Source: a virus
Lineage: Duplodnaviria > Caudoviricetes
Reading direction: 5' to 3' (one strand)
IMG/VR virus record: IMGVR_UViG_3300042463_000545
Coordinates: 7,768 to 71,767 of that record
DNA: 64,000 nucleotides
The position numbers and the translations under genes are program-made. Numbering within the stretch: the first letter of the stretch is position 1; each line of letters starts with the position of its first letter. The notes beneath the pieces were generated by a model. It was not told the DNA's origin and ran no database searches. It saw only the letters and a list, made by a program, of their open reading frames with translations. This document shows positions 8,186 through 16,877 of this stretch, piece by piece.

Positions 8186-8377
8186 TCATAACTCTGATTG
8201 ATTTAATTGTTCGTATTCAAGACGCATGCTCTCTTCATACTCATGGATTTCTTTCCATAGTTCTTCATCTGATTCGAAGTAACGTCTGTCCTCATTAGCA
8301 AAATACTCATTGATGGTGTCTTGTTTAATAGAAGAAATAGTCTTAGGAAACAAGAAAATTAAAATTGATTTTAACAT
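8186..8377 (-). CDS. Small hypothetical protein
   Basis: 63 aa, preceded by the AAACGCAC motif; first gene downstream of the ribozyme-like region. Confidence 0.6.
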   Translation of the reverse strand: MLKSILIFLFPKTISSIKQDTINEYFANEDRRYFESDEELWKEIHEYEESMRLEYEQLNQSEL

Positions 8378-8442
8378 GTTGTTGTGCGTTTAAATGAATA
8401 AATAAATGCAGGCTTTGCACCTGCTTGGGAGCATCTGACCCT

Positions 8443-8590
8443 CCAAATCCCTCTGCACTCAGTTGTAATTACTCATGGTTGGGTTCTATTTACCAGAGCC
8501 AAGGAACATAGTTCTCCTATAGATATTAGTCTGTAGTTAGTTTATTACAACTGCTCACCCTTGGGAAGTGAGTTATGGTGCATTAAATAG
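8443..8590 (-). ncRNA. Twister-like self-cleaving ribozyme candidate A
   Basis: Minus strand: UAA-UGCAC...CUCAC-UUCCCAAGG-GUGAG-CAGUUGUAAU[74 nt]AUUACAACUG-A-GUGCA-GA-GGGA. Twister order P2/P4/P5 with the UCCC:GGGA pseudoknot. P1 is weak. Confidence 0.72.
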
Positions 8591-8843
8591 TAGAGTTTCA
8601 CTTCGCATTATATCTCTACTAAACCCCGCTTCTAGGGTTAATACTTTTAGTATCATCAGAAGGTTCTAGTTTTCTTACACTCATAAACCTACAATTTGAG
8701 AAGCCATTTACAGGAATTCTTTAGTTGTTCATGTAACCTTTTTATTTTACACGGTGGTCAACCCGTGGATTCAAGAACCTATCTAGTATAGGATTACCTG
8801 CATATCAGTGCAAGTTTTACCAGTTAGATTATAACTAGAATAT

Positions 8844-9001
8844 CATTATCCCTCTGCGTTCAGTTGTAGCCCCACATCTTTGGCGATGTTATACATGCTG
8901 TCATCTATGTGACAGTAGGTCTACAGATTATATCCTAACTAGTAAGGACATAACCAACTACAACTGCCTGTCCTTGGGAAACAGGTTTGACGCATTATTA
9001 C
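8844..9001 (-). ncRNA. Twister-like self-cleaving ribozyme candidate B
   Basis: Minus strand: UAA-UGCGU...CCUGU-UUCCCAAGG-ACAGG-CAGUUGUAG[88 nt]CUACAACUG-A-ACGCA-GA-GGGA. Compensatory changes relative to copy A in P2, P4 and P5. Confidence 0.72.
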
Positions 9002-9187
9002 TCTCACAAGGCTGTAATCCTTGAATGTTGGTTATCCTTAGCCTGATGTCCATTGAATACTAGAATATTTAGATCTAGAGGCAAACACCTACAATTGGAT
9101 GAGAGTGTGTATAAATTGTATGTCCATCCTACATGCTTTCACATGCATCACGGATGGATTAAGGCACTACGTGGCCACATACAATTA

Positions 9188-9412
9188 TTAAAATGAACAA
9201 AGATCATCTAGACTATATCCATCTAATAATGAATCATCATCAGCAGATAAATCTAATTCAATAGATCTAACACCCATATTTTCCATAATGCTAATACAAT
9301 CTTTCATCTTTTGCGATCTTTCATCAACAAAAGAATAGTCTTTAGTATTAGCATTATCAATACTACTATCAATCAATGCATTCATTAATGATGGAGAGAT
9401 TATCAGTTCCAT
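9188..9412 (-). CDS. Small acidic protein (start revised to MELIISP)
   Basis: ATG at 9412 with an A/C-rich leader; acidic C-terminus. Confidence 0.55.
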   Translation of the reverse strand: MELIISPSLMNALIDSSIDNANTKDYSFVDERSQKMKDCISIMENMGVRSIELDLSADDDSLLDGYSLDDLCSF

Positions 9413-9764
9413 AACAACTAGTTTGTTAGTTAATGCTATATAAAATAGTGAATAGTAAAAACGACACTTACGAAAACACCTCATTATAATGTGTGTGGTG
9501 TCACTCCTACTCTTATTCACTCAACAAATTCTTTGTAAAGTACAACATGAAGTTTTAGTTTTCCCGTGTAAAACTTTATTAAATTGTACATTACCATAAA
9601 ACCATTGTACTTTAGTAAGGATGGACTAATTACACAGTCTCACACCATATACATACGCAACTGTATTTATGTATATGTCTGATTTGCACAGATGCATTGA
9701 CTGCGTAACAAGCCCACCCAAACGTTAGTACTCCCACCCTGTATATAAAAGAAGAAATAGTGGC

Positions 9765-10175
9765 TTAAAAAGCCACTAGATCTTCGTAGGTAGTCTTAAC
9801 CTTATCCTTCTTTAGTTGAGTGAAGGAGAATTCTTCCTCCTCACCAGAAGAACCACGAGGTGCCATGATGAACATTCTGCCATCTTCATCTTCACCAATT
9901 TCTAGGTTGAAGATAACAGAGGCAACTTCCTCTTTAGTGGAACCAGTGTCAAGAGCCTTCTTGATGGTTGCACTAACTCTCTTTGACAAAGGACAGGTTG
10001 CGCTAGCACCTGTCTTGTCAATGAGGATCATGTTCATTGACTTGATGACACCGTTGTTATAACGGTCAATAGTTCCAGGAACAAATTTCAATTTCCCGTT
10101 AGGGATAATGTCATTAACTGTTCCAAGAGATTCCAACGTGTTGGATGGTTCATAAACTTTAAATTGTAGTGCCAT
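9765..10175 (-). CDS. Hypothetical protein, first gene of the leftward unit
   Basis: 136-aa ORF with A-rich leader; ends YEDLVAF. Confidence 0.8.
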   Translation of the reverse strand: MALQFKVYEPSNTLESLGTVNDIIPNGKLKFVPGTIDRYNNGVIKSMNMILIDKTGASATCPLSKRVSATIKKALDTGSTKEEVASVIFNLEIGEDEDGRMFIMAPRGSSGEEEEFSFTQLKKDKVKTTYEDLVAF

Positions 10176-10367
10176 TTTCGTTTTTAGTTTGTGTGTTTTG
10201 GCAAACGGGGGAGTCCCTCGACTTCCCCAATTCTACGTGGGGTTTCTGTTGGAAGTAACCTACTCCCCCATGCACAAAAAACTTTTCCAAATTCTCATGG
10301 AACAGGGGGGCTTGATTATTACAATCAATAAGGGAGGGGTGCTCAAATAAAAACAGAAATAATAAAA

Positions 10368-10400
10368 TTTGTTATTTTCAAGGAGGATGTTTTATATTTG
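10368..10400 (+). promoter_or_regulatory. Bacteroidota-type sigma promoter for the structural module
   Basis: TTTG (10368-10371), 21-nt spacer, TATATTTG (10393-10400) matches the -33 TTTG / -7 TAnnTTTG consensus, 18 nt upstream of ATG 10419. Confidence 0.65.
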
Positions 10401-10418
10401 TTAGAAACCAATAGGAAA

Positions 10419-10766
10419 ATGATTGTACAACGATTAAAGAAGGGATTACAGAATGACACGGATGTGTCGTACAGATATTATTCTGTTCTTTCTGCATTGA
10501 ACGATTTGGAGCTTACGACAAGAGAAGTTCAGTTGATGTCTTTCATTGCTGTTTCTGGAAGTATTTCTATTCCTAGTAATAGAGAAAAGTTTTGTTCTAC
10601 GTATGAAACCACAGGAGCGACAGTGAACAATATGGTGAGCAAGCTCAAGAAGCGTAACCTCTTGCTTAAGAAGGATGGAAAGATTGTTGTCAATCCTTTA
10701 ATTTCCCTAGATTTCTCCAGTGACATTACATTAGAGATAAAGATTTTGCATGAAGGAAAAGCCTAA
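10419..10766 (+). CDS. Winged-helix-like DNA-binding protein (start revised to MIVQRL)
   Basis: LTTREVQLM...TVNNMVSKLKKRNLL...IVVNP is a wHTH-like pattern. Confidence 0.65.
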   Translation: MIVQRLKKGLQNDTDVSYRYYSVLSALNDLELTTREVQLMSFIAVSGSISIPSNREKFCSTYETTGATVNNMVSKLKKRNLLLKKDGKIVVNPLISLDFSSDITLEIKILHEGKA

Positions 10767-11163
10767 TTCAATGTCCCATAGGGATTGGTTTGTTAAACAG
10801 CTTGCCCATTCCTTGAACATGGATGTGAAGATTGTTGATCAAGTGATAAGGCATCAGTTTGATAGTGTGCTGGCAGCCCTACAGAAAAATAAGACAGTGG
10901 AGATTTCTGGGTTTGGTACGCTAAAGTGGAATGATAGAGCTGCTCAGAAAAAGCTTGATGCTATGGATGGTAAAATCATGAGTTTGAGAGATATGATTTC
11001 TAACTCTGACAGTGATGTTAGAACAGAGAAGTGGGATGAGGATATTGATCAGATGTTGTTGAAGCGTAAAATATTAATGAATAAGATAAATGAGCTTAAC
11101 ACAGATTTACGAAGGTTGGAAAAACAATCTGCTTCCAGAAGAAAAACTAAAGGAACAGATTGA
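10750..11163 (+). CDS. HU/IHF-like DNA-binding protein
   Basis: LAHSLNM...VDQVIRHQFDSVLAALQKNKTVEISGFGTL matches the HU/IHF signature. Confidence 0.8.
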   Translation: MKEKPNSMSHRDWFVKQLAHSLNMDVKIVDQVIRHQFDSVLAALQKNKTVEISGFGTLKWNDRAAQKKLDAMDGKIMSLRDMISNSDSDVRTEKWDEDIDQMLLKRKILMNKINELNTDLRRLEKQSASRRKTKGTD

Positions 11164-11368
11164 TCAAGTGTCAGCGGAGAGAATGAGCATTTGTAATGAA
11201 TGCAAGTTTCATTCTAAAAACCATAAGACAATACGTTTTGACGAACATTGTACACATTGTGGATGTACGCTGTCAGCTAAAACAAAATGCTTGTCTTGTG
11301 CGTGTCCTACAGAGAAATGGAAATCAGTGATGACAAGAGAACAAGAGGAGGAAATTGATGGAGAATAA
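11090..11368 (+). CDS. Zinc-finger-like Cys-rich protein
   Basis: CNEC...CTHCGCTLSAKTKCLSCACP..KW. Confidence 0.75.
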   Translation: MSLTQIYEGWKNNLLPEEKLKEQIDQVSAERMSICNECKFHSKNHKTIRFDEHCTHCGCTLSAKTKCLSCACPTEKWKSVMTREQEEEIDGE

Positions 11369-11606
11369 AGAGGTGAGGTTTAGAAAAATCAGCTTGCAGC
11401 TGCTCCTAGATACGTTGACACATATATGGGACTCTGGAGCTGATTATGTTGACATCATTGGTATTCAGGGAGAAGATCAAGATGTCATTAATATTGTCGT
11501 GAAAGAAGAATACATGTCAGAAGAAGACAATGATGTGTACGATGAAGAAGAGGAAGACAATGACAATGACACACTTTCTGATGAGGATATAAACAATTTA
11601 ATATGA
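11355..11606 (+). CDS. Acidic hypothetical protein
   Basis: 83 aa with a D/E-rich tail; overlaps neighbours. Confidence 0.7.
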   Translation: MMENKEVRFRKISLQLLLDTLTHIWDSGADYVDIIGIQGEDQDVINIVVKEEYMSEEDNDVYDEEEEDNDNDTLSDEDINNLI

Positions 11607-11797
11607 ATAGAGCTATGGTTGGACAAGAATCAATGTCCGTAATTGAAAGATTGGCAGCGTTGTGTGCCACACCTGGGATTGATGACAAAACCAAGGAGAT
11701 TGCTAACAAGCAAATTCAGGAGCTGCTCAGTGGTCCAATACAAACCTCTGTCACAGAGCTGAAGACAGCTGCTGCTGGTATTGTAACCCTATCGTAA
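11603..11797 (+). CDS. Hypothetical protein
   Basis: 64 aa, coupled on both sides (ATGA and TAATG). Confidence 0.65.
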   Translation: MNRAMVGQESMSVIERLAALCATPGIDDKTKEIANKQIQELLSGPIQTSVTELKTAAAGIVTLS

Positions 11798-12129
11798 TGG
11801 CTGCTCCAAAGAAAACTACATACATAAACACTGAGCTCGATTGGGCAGAGCAGCAACTTTCTAGCTGGAAGCAATATGTTGATGCCAATCCCATGCATGA
11901 GCTTAAAGATAGGATTGAGTGGAAACCTACAGCTAAGGGTGGAATGCTGCCTATGGTGATTGCTAGTATTGAATCTCAAGGAAAGTTTATTCAGGAAACC
12001 ATGAAGAACTATCTAGCTCTTCTTGAGGTGGTGGATAAGCTGAGAGAGAAAGAAGAATCTAAGGTGGAAATACGTGGTAATGGTGAGCTTGGCTCAATGG
12101 CTGAAGATTTTCTTAAAGGTAGACGATGA
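11797..12129 (+). CDS. Hypothetical protein, possible terminase small subunit
   Basis: Helical 110-aa protein coupled to terL; function inferred from position only. Confidence 0.55.
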   Translation: MAAPKKTTYINTELDWAEQQLSSWKQYVDANPMHELKDRIEWKPTAKGGMLPMVIASIESQGKFIQETMKNYLALLEVVDKLREKEESKVEIRGNGELGSMAEDFLKGRR

Positions 12130-14150
12130 ATCTAGAAAATGTTAAATACAGTGAGTGGTTGATTAACCAAACACGTCTTCCTGATAAGACATCAGAGGAA
12201 TACAAGCCCTTCTTTGACTTTCATAAGAAGCTGTGTCTTGATGGATTTATGATGGATGGTGTGTTCATCAATCCTTTTCTGTATTGGCATTTGAATCTTT
12301 GGCATACAGAAGTGGATGTTATAGATGACAGAGGACGCATCTATCAGAAATATGCCAATCCCTCACTCAGAGACAATGAATGGTTAGTTACGAATGAAAT
12401 AGACAGAGCCCATGCTGAGAAGCGTGGGTTGGTTATTTTGGGTATTAGACGTTTTGCTAAGTCTGTGCTTGAGGCTAGTTACATTGCTTGGGGAGCTACA
12501 TTCGATGAGAACTCACAGAACGTTATTGCTGGCTTGAATGCTCCAGATATTAAACTAATTACAGACAAGCTTGACAAGGGCCTCAACTTCCTTCCTGAAT
12601 ACTTTAGATGGCAGCGTGTAGAGGATAATTGGAAGAATCAGGTGACGTTAGGAATAAAGACAAAGGGAGGAGAGAGAATACCATTCTCTCAAATTCTTAT
12701 TCGTAACTTAGATGAGGGTAATAACGAAGAAGCTATTGCTGGTACAAAGCCACGTAAGCTCATTATTGATGAGATTGGTAAAGGATCTTTCTTGAGAGGC
12801 TTACAGGCTGCTGTTCCTGGTTTTACAACGCCATTTGGATGGGGCTGTTCCCCTATTCTTACAGGTACAGGTGGTGATATGAAGCGGTTTATGGATGCTA
12901 AGTCATTGATGTTTGATGTTGACAATTACAACTTCCTAACATACAATAACGAAGAGGATACAAAACGTGTACATGGGCTATTCATTTCTAACAAATATAG
13001 AATGGAAGCCAAAGAAGATTCTACATTAGGAGAATATGTAAAAGCTTCTAAGAATAGCGATCTTCATAATGTGAAGATGTTGGTTTCTAATGAAGAGAAA
13101 GCTGACAAAATCACCACTGATAACTTAGAAAGATTAAAGAAAGCTGGCGATAGAGTGGCGTTTCTAAAAGAGAAGATGTACTATCCACAGAAGGTGGATG
13201 ACATATTCCTAAACGAAGACACTAACATCTTTGATATAGAAGCTGCTAAGAGACAGAAAATCAGACTATTGCAGAACGAAAGAACAGGAACACCTGTTAT
13301 ATTATTTAGTGACGAAGGAAAGATAGGACATGAGTTCACAGACAACCTACCTATTACAAACTTTCCTCTCAAGAGTACAGATAGAAAAGATGCTCCTGTA
13401 GTGATATATGAGTTTCCTATAGAGAATCCTCCTTATGGATTATACGTTGCAGGAGTTGACCCCTATAGACAAGGACAGGCAAAGTATTCAACTTCACTAG
13501 GTTCTGTGTATATTTACAAGAGAATGCACGATCTCACTGGTGAAAAATATCAGGATATGTTCGTAGCTTCGTATTGTGCAAGACCTGATAAGAAGGAAAC
13601 GTGGGAAGAACAGGCTAGATTACTGATTAAATATTACAACGCTAGAGCTCTTTGTGAAAATGACGATATTTCGTTCATTGAATACATGAAAAGCAAAGGT
13701 GACGCACACTATCTAGAGAAGCAACCACAATGGTTGTTAGAAGTGATTCCTAATACTACTGTGAAACGAGAGTATGGAATTCACAGATCAGCTCAGAAAA
13801 TAATTGACTATCTACATACATCGTTGAAAAGATATATGGAAGATGTTATTTATTCTGAGAAAGATGATAATGGCATTGTAACTAGAGAAGTTACAGGGGT
13901 GAGTAAGATATTTGACCCAATGCTTCTTGAAGAAATCATCCAATACAACGATGAGGGAAACTTCGATAGGATTGTAGCAGCAGAACTTGCTATAGCTCAG
14001 GCACTTAAGATGGACCCCATATTAGGAAAGATTGGAGGAACTAGTGATGAACGAGTTAAATCGTTATATTCAAAAAAGTTAAAGAGTGGGAAGCTGTTTA
14101 GCAGCTCTAAAAATATGTTCAATACGAGGAAAAATAAATTATTTTCATAA
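12126..14150 (+). CDS. terL: Terminase large subunit
   Basis: Walker A variant GIRRFAKS, Walker B LIIDEIG, LTGTGG coupling motif, nuclease YVAGVDPY, CEND and NFDRIVA. Confidence 0.95.
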   Translation: MNLENVKYSEWLINQTRLPDKTSEEYKPFFDFHKKLCLDGFMMDGVFINPFLYWHLNLWHTEVDVIDDRGRIYQKYANPSLRDNEWLVTNEIDRAHAEKRGLVILGIRRFAKSVLEASYIAWGATFDENSQNVIAGLNAPDIKLITDKLDKGLNFLPEYFRWQRVEDNWKNQVTLGIKTKGGERIPFSQILIRNLDEGNNEEAIAGTKPRKLIIDEIGKGSFLRGLQAAVPGFTTPFGWGCSPILTGTGGDMKRFMDAKSLMFDVDNYNFLTYNNEEDTKRVHGLFISNKYRMEAKEDSTLGEYVKASKNSDLHNVKMLVSNEEKADKITTDNLERLKKAGDRVAFLKEKMYYPQKVDDIFLNEDTNIFDIEAAKRQKIRLLQNERTGTPVILFSDEGKIGHEFTDNLPITNFPLKSTDRKDAPVVIYEFPIENPPYGLYVAGVDPYRQGQAKYSTSLGSVYIYKRMHDLTGEKYQDMFVASYCARPDKKETWEEQARLLIKYYNARALCENDDISFIEYMKSKGDAHYLEKQPQWLLEVIPNTTVKREYGIHRSAQKIIDYLHTSLKRYMEDVIYSEKDDNGIVTREVTGVSKIFDPMLLEEIIQYNDEGNFDRIVAAELAIAQALKMDPILGKIGGTSDERVKSLYSKKLKSGKLFSSSKNMFNTRKNKLFS

Positions 14151-16744
14151 TGGCAATCATTAGATATACAAAGGACGCAACCATACGATATGCCTACCTT
14201 AACATTTTCCCTGATCAATTTAAGACAGAGAAAGAAAAGCAGGATGAGAGCTGGGTAAAAAACACGATGGATTATTTTGCAAACAAGTCGTATGCAGAAT
14301 ACATGAAGAGTCGTGACACGTTTGTTAAAAACTATGACCTTGTAAAAGGCATTCTGAGAATGGAAGACTTTTACCAGGAGCCAGATGTAAAATCTTTTAC
14401 AGAGATGCTTCAAGCAGATTTAGGTTTGCCAGCATATGTTAAGCATTATTCTATTGTAACTACTCCCATCAATAACCTTGTAGGTGAAATATCTAAGCGT
14501 CCAGATACATTTCGTGTAAAGGCATTTGATGATGATAGTCAAGCTGAAGAACTGCAATTCAAAACAGATGTTCTTCAGGAATTTATTCTTTCTCAGGCAA
14601 GACAGAAGATAATGCAGAAGGTAGCTATGCAGGGTGAGGAGATTGACGAAGAGCAGCTTAACCAAATGACAATGGAGCAAGTGAAGGATCAGCTAGATTC
14701 TTACACTTCTGTAGCAGAAAAGTGGGCTAACCACATTCTAACATGCCAGAAAGCTGAATTCAACCTCAAAGAAAAGAGTGAAGATGCATTCAGAGATCTT
14801 CTTATCTCTGCTAGAGAGTTCTATCACATTTATGAAGACAACTCTAAGCTTGGATTTAACATAGAAGTGGCCAACCCAAAGAATACATGGTTCCTCACTA
14901 CACCAGATAGAAAGTGGATTTCTGATCCAACAGGAAGAAACCAAGGAGCGTATGCTGCTGGTACTGTGCAAGTTATGGAACTTTCTGAAATCATTGAATC
15001 TATCCCTGATCTCACTAAAGAAGAGATTGATCACCTAAGAAGCTCATTACAAGACTATGGACTCATCAATGTTCGTGAATCCAACCTTGGTAATCCTAAT
15101 GCTGCTGATGGCATTGACTCTATTCAATATGACACATTTGATCCTCTTGTTCTTCAGACAAGAATGATGATTGAAAGTGAGATGAAAGAGAATAATGATG
15201 GGCTAAAAGACTTTTTAGGACTAACAACAAACGTGTCTACATTTGGATACAAGTATGTTGTTGTTAGATCATATTGGATTAGTAAAAGAAAGATTGGTAA
15301 GCTCACCTATACAGATGAAATGGGCAATGATCAAACTGTTCTTGTAGATGAAAACTACAAATCAGGAACCATTCCTACACAAATCTCTCTTGAATGGGGT
15401 TGGATTAACCAATGGTATCAAGGAACAAAGATTGGCCCAGACATCTACCACATCAAACCTCTTAAAATCCTTAACTATTGTCCTATTATAGGCACTACGT
15501 ACGAGGTGAAGAACACAGAAGCCAAATCACTAGTGGATTTAATGAAGCCATTCCAGGTGTTATACAACATTTGCATGAATCAGCTCTACAAACTACTAGA
15601 AAAAGAAATTGGTAACGTAGCTTCTGTAAACATTAGACGTGTTCCTAGATTGAAAGATGGAGATGATCAAGATGCTCTAGATGTATGGGAAATGGAAGCA
15701 AGAGAGCGTGGTATTATATTTGATGATGATAGCCCAGAGAACACAAAGGCTGCTGTCTCGAACACTACCATTGCAAGAAACATAGATTTGACTAGAACTA
15801 GTGAAATCCAGTCTAGATATAATCTTGCTCTACAACTGAAGAATGAATGTTGGGAACTTATAGGCATCTCTAGACAGCGTTTAGGGACTGTACAAGCGAG
15901 CGAATCTGCCACAGGTGTCAACACAGCTGTCAGTCAGTCATACGCCCAGACAGAGCCTCTATTTATTGCACACGAGTATGTATTAGGTCAATTATATCAA
16001 GCTATTGTAGATGCTGCACAGTATGTAGAAAGTGCTAAACCCATGTCTACACTATCATACATTACATCTGAGGGAGAATCCGCATTTATACAAGTTAATG
16101 GTAATGATTTGAAGCTTCGTGATCTTAAAGTGTTTGTAACTAACAGACCAGAAGATACACAAATGTTTAATGAACTTCGTCAGCTATCTCAAGCTGTCAT
16201 TCAGAATGGTGGCACACTATATGATGTAATAGAATTGTATTCTACTAAGTCTATGAGAGAGATGAAGAAGACATTCAAAAATCTCAAAGATCGTCAGCAA
16301 CAATTGCAAGACCAGCAGATGCAAATGCAGCAGCAGCAGCTTGAGCAACAACAACAAATTGCAAGTGCTCAGCTACAAGCTCAACAACAGCAAGCTCAAG
16401 AAGCAGTGGCTAATGAAAACTATCAGAAAGAACTTGATAGAATTAATAAGAAAGAAATAGCTCTCATTAATGCTGCTGCAAAAGGTGAAGCTGCAACACA
16501 AGATGTTGATCAATCAGGAACTGCTGATATATTAGAGATTTCTAATCTATCTATGCAACAAACCAAAGCAGCTCAAGATTATCAATTTAAGATGCAAGAT
16601 ATTCAATCTAAAAACTTACAATCTATGCAGAAGCTACAGGTTGAAAAAGAAAAAATAAATGTTGCTAGAGAGAATATGAAAAATGATGTTGAAGTGGCTA
16701 AGATAAATGCTTCAAACAGAGCGTCTAAAAACAATAATAAATAA
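14150..16744 (+). CDS. Portal protein
   Basis: 864 aa directly after terL; KHYSIVTTPINNLVGE..KRP, IGISRQRLG and a Q-rich C-terminal coiled coil typical of crAss-like/P22-like portals. Confidence 0.9.
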   Translation: MAIIRYTKDATIRYAYLNIFPDQFKTEKEKQDESWVKNTMDYFANKSYAEYMKSRDTFVKNYDLVKGILRMEDFYQEPDVKSFTEMLQADLGLPAYVKHYSIVTTPINNLVGEISKRPDTFRVKAFDDDSQAEELQFKTDVLQEFILSQARQKIMQKVAMQGEEIDEEQLNQMTMEQVKDQLDSYTSVAEKWANHILTCQKAEFNLKEKSEDAFRDLLISAREFYHIYEDNSKLGFNIEVANPKNTWFLTTPDRKWISDPTGRNQGAYAAGTVQVMELSEIIESIPDLTKEEIDHLRSSLQDYGLINVRESNLGNPNAADGIDSIQYDTFDPLVLQTRMMIESEMKENNDGLKDFLGLTTNVSTFGYKYVVVRSYWISKRKIGKLTYTDEMGNDQTVLVDENYKSGTIPTQISLEWGWINQWYQGTKIGPDIYHIKPLKILNYCPIIGTTYEVKNTEAKSLVDLMKPFQVLYNICMNQLYKLLEKEIGNVASVNIRRVPRLKDGDDQDALDVWEMEARERGIIFDDDSPENTKAAVSNTTIARNIDLTRTSEIQSRYNLALQLKNECWELIGISRQRLGTVQASESATGVNTAVSQSYAQTEPLFIAHEYVLGQLYQAIVDAAQYVESAKPMSTLSYITSEGESAFIQVNGNDLKLRDLKVFVTNRPEDTQMFNELRQLSQAVIQNGGTLYDVIELYSTKSMREMKKTFKNLKDRQQQLQDQQMQMQQQQLEQQQQIASAQLQAQQQQAQEAVANENYQKELDRINKKEIALINAAAKGEAATQDVDQSGTADILEISNLSMQQTKAAQDYQFKMQDIQSKNLQSMQKLQVEKEKINVARENMKNDVEVAKINASNRASKNNNK

Positions 16745-16877
16745 TAAAATATGGAAAAATTGATGTTAATGCTATACGTGTCAAAAAAACAACAATTTTG
16801 ATTATTCTATATTTGATTATTTTACAAACGAAAGTACATTTATATCATACAAACCAATCAAATAATTAACTACATAT

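Noticed and set aside
8640-8662. CUGAUGA on the minus strand suggesting a hammerhead ribozyme
   Set aside because: The following stem is not followed by GAAA, and I could not build stems I and III.
8443-9001. Two similar segments considered as a CRISPR mini-array or plain direct repeat
   Set aside because: Only two copies, and similarity is structural with compensatory changes rather than identical repeats with regular spacers.
16290-16400. Poly-Gln stretch in the portal
   Set aside because: Expected C-terminal coiled-coil barrel of this portal type.
16797-16852. TATATTTG upstream of the scaffold gene as a promoter
   Set aside because: No correctly spaced -33 element; the AT-rich context makes a chance match plausible.
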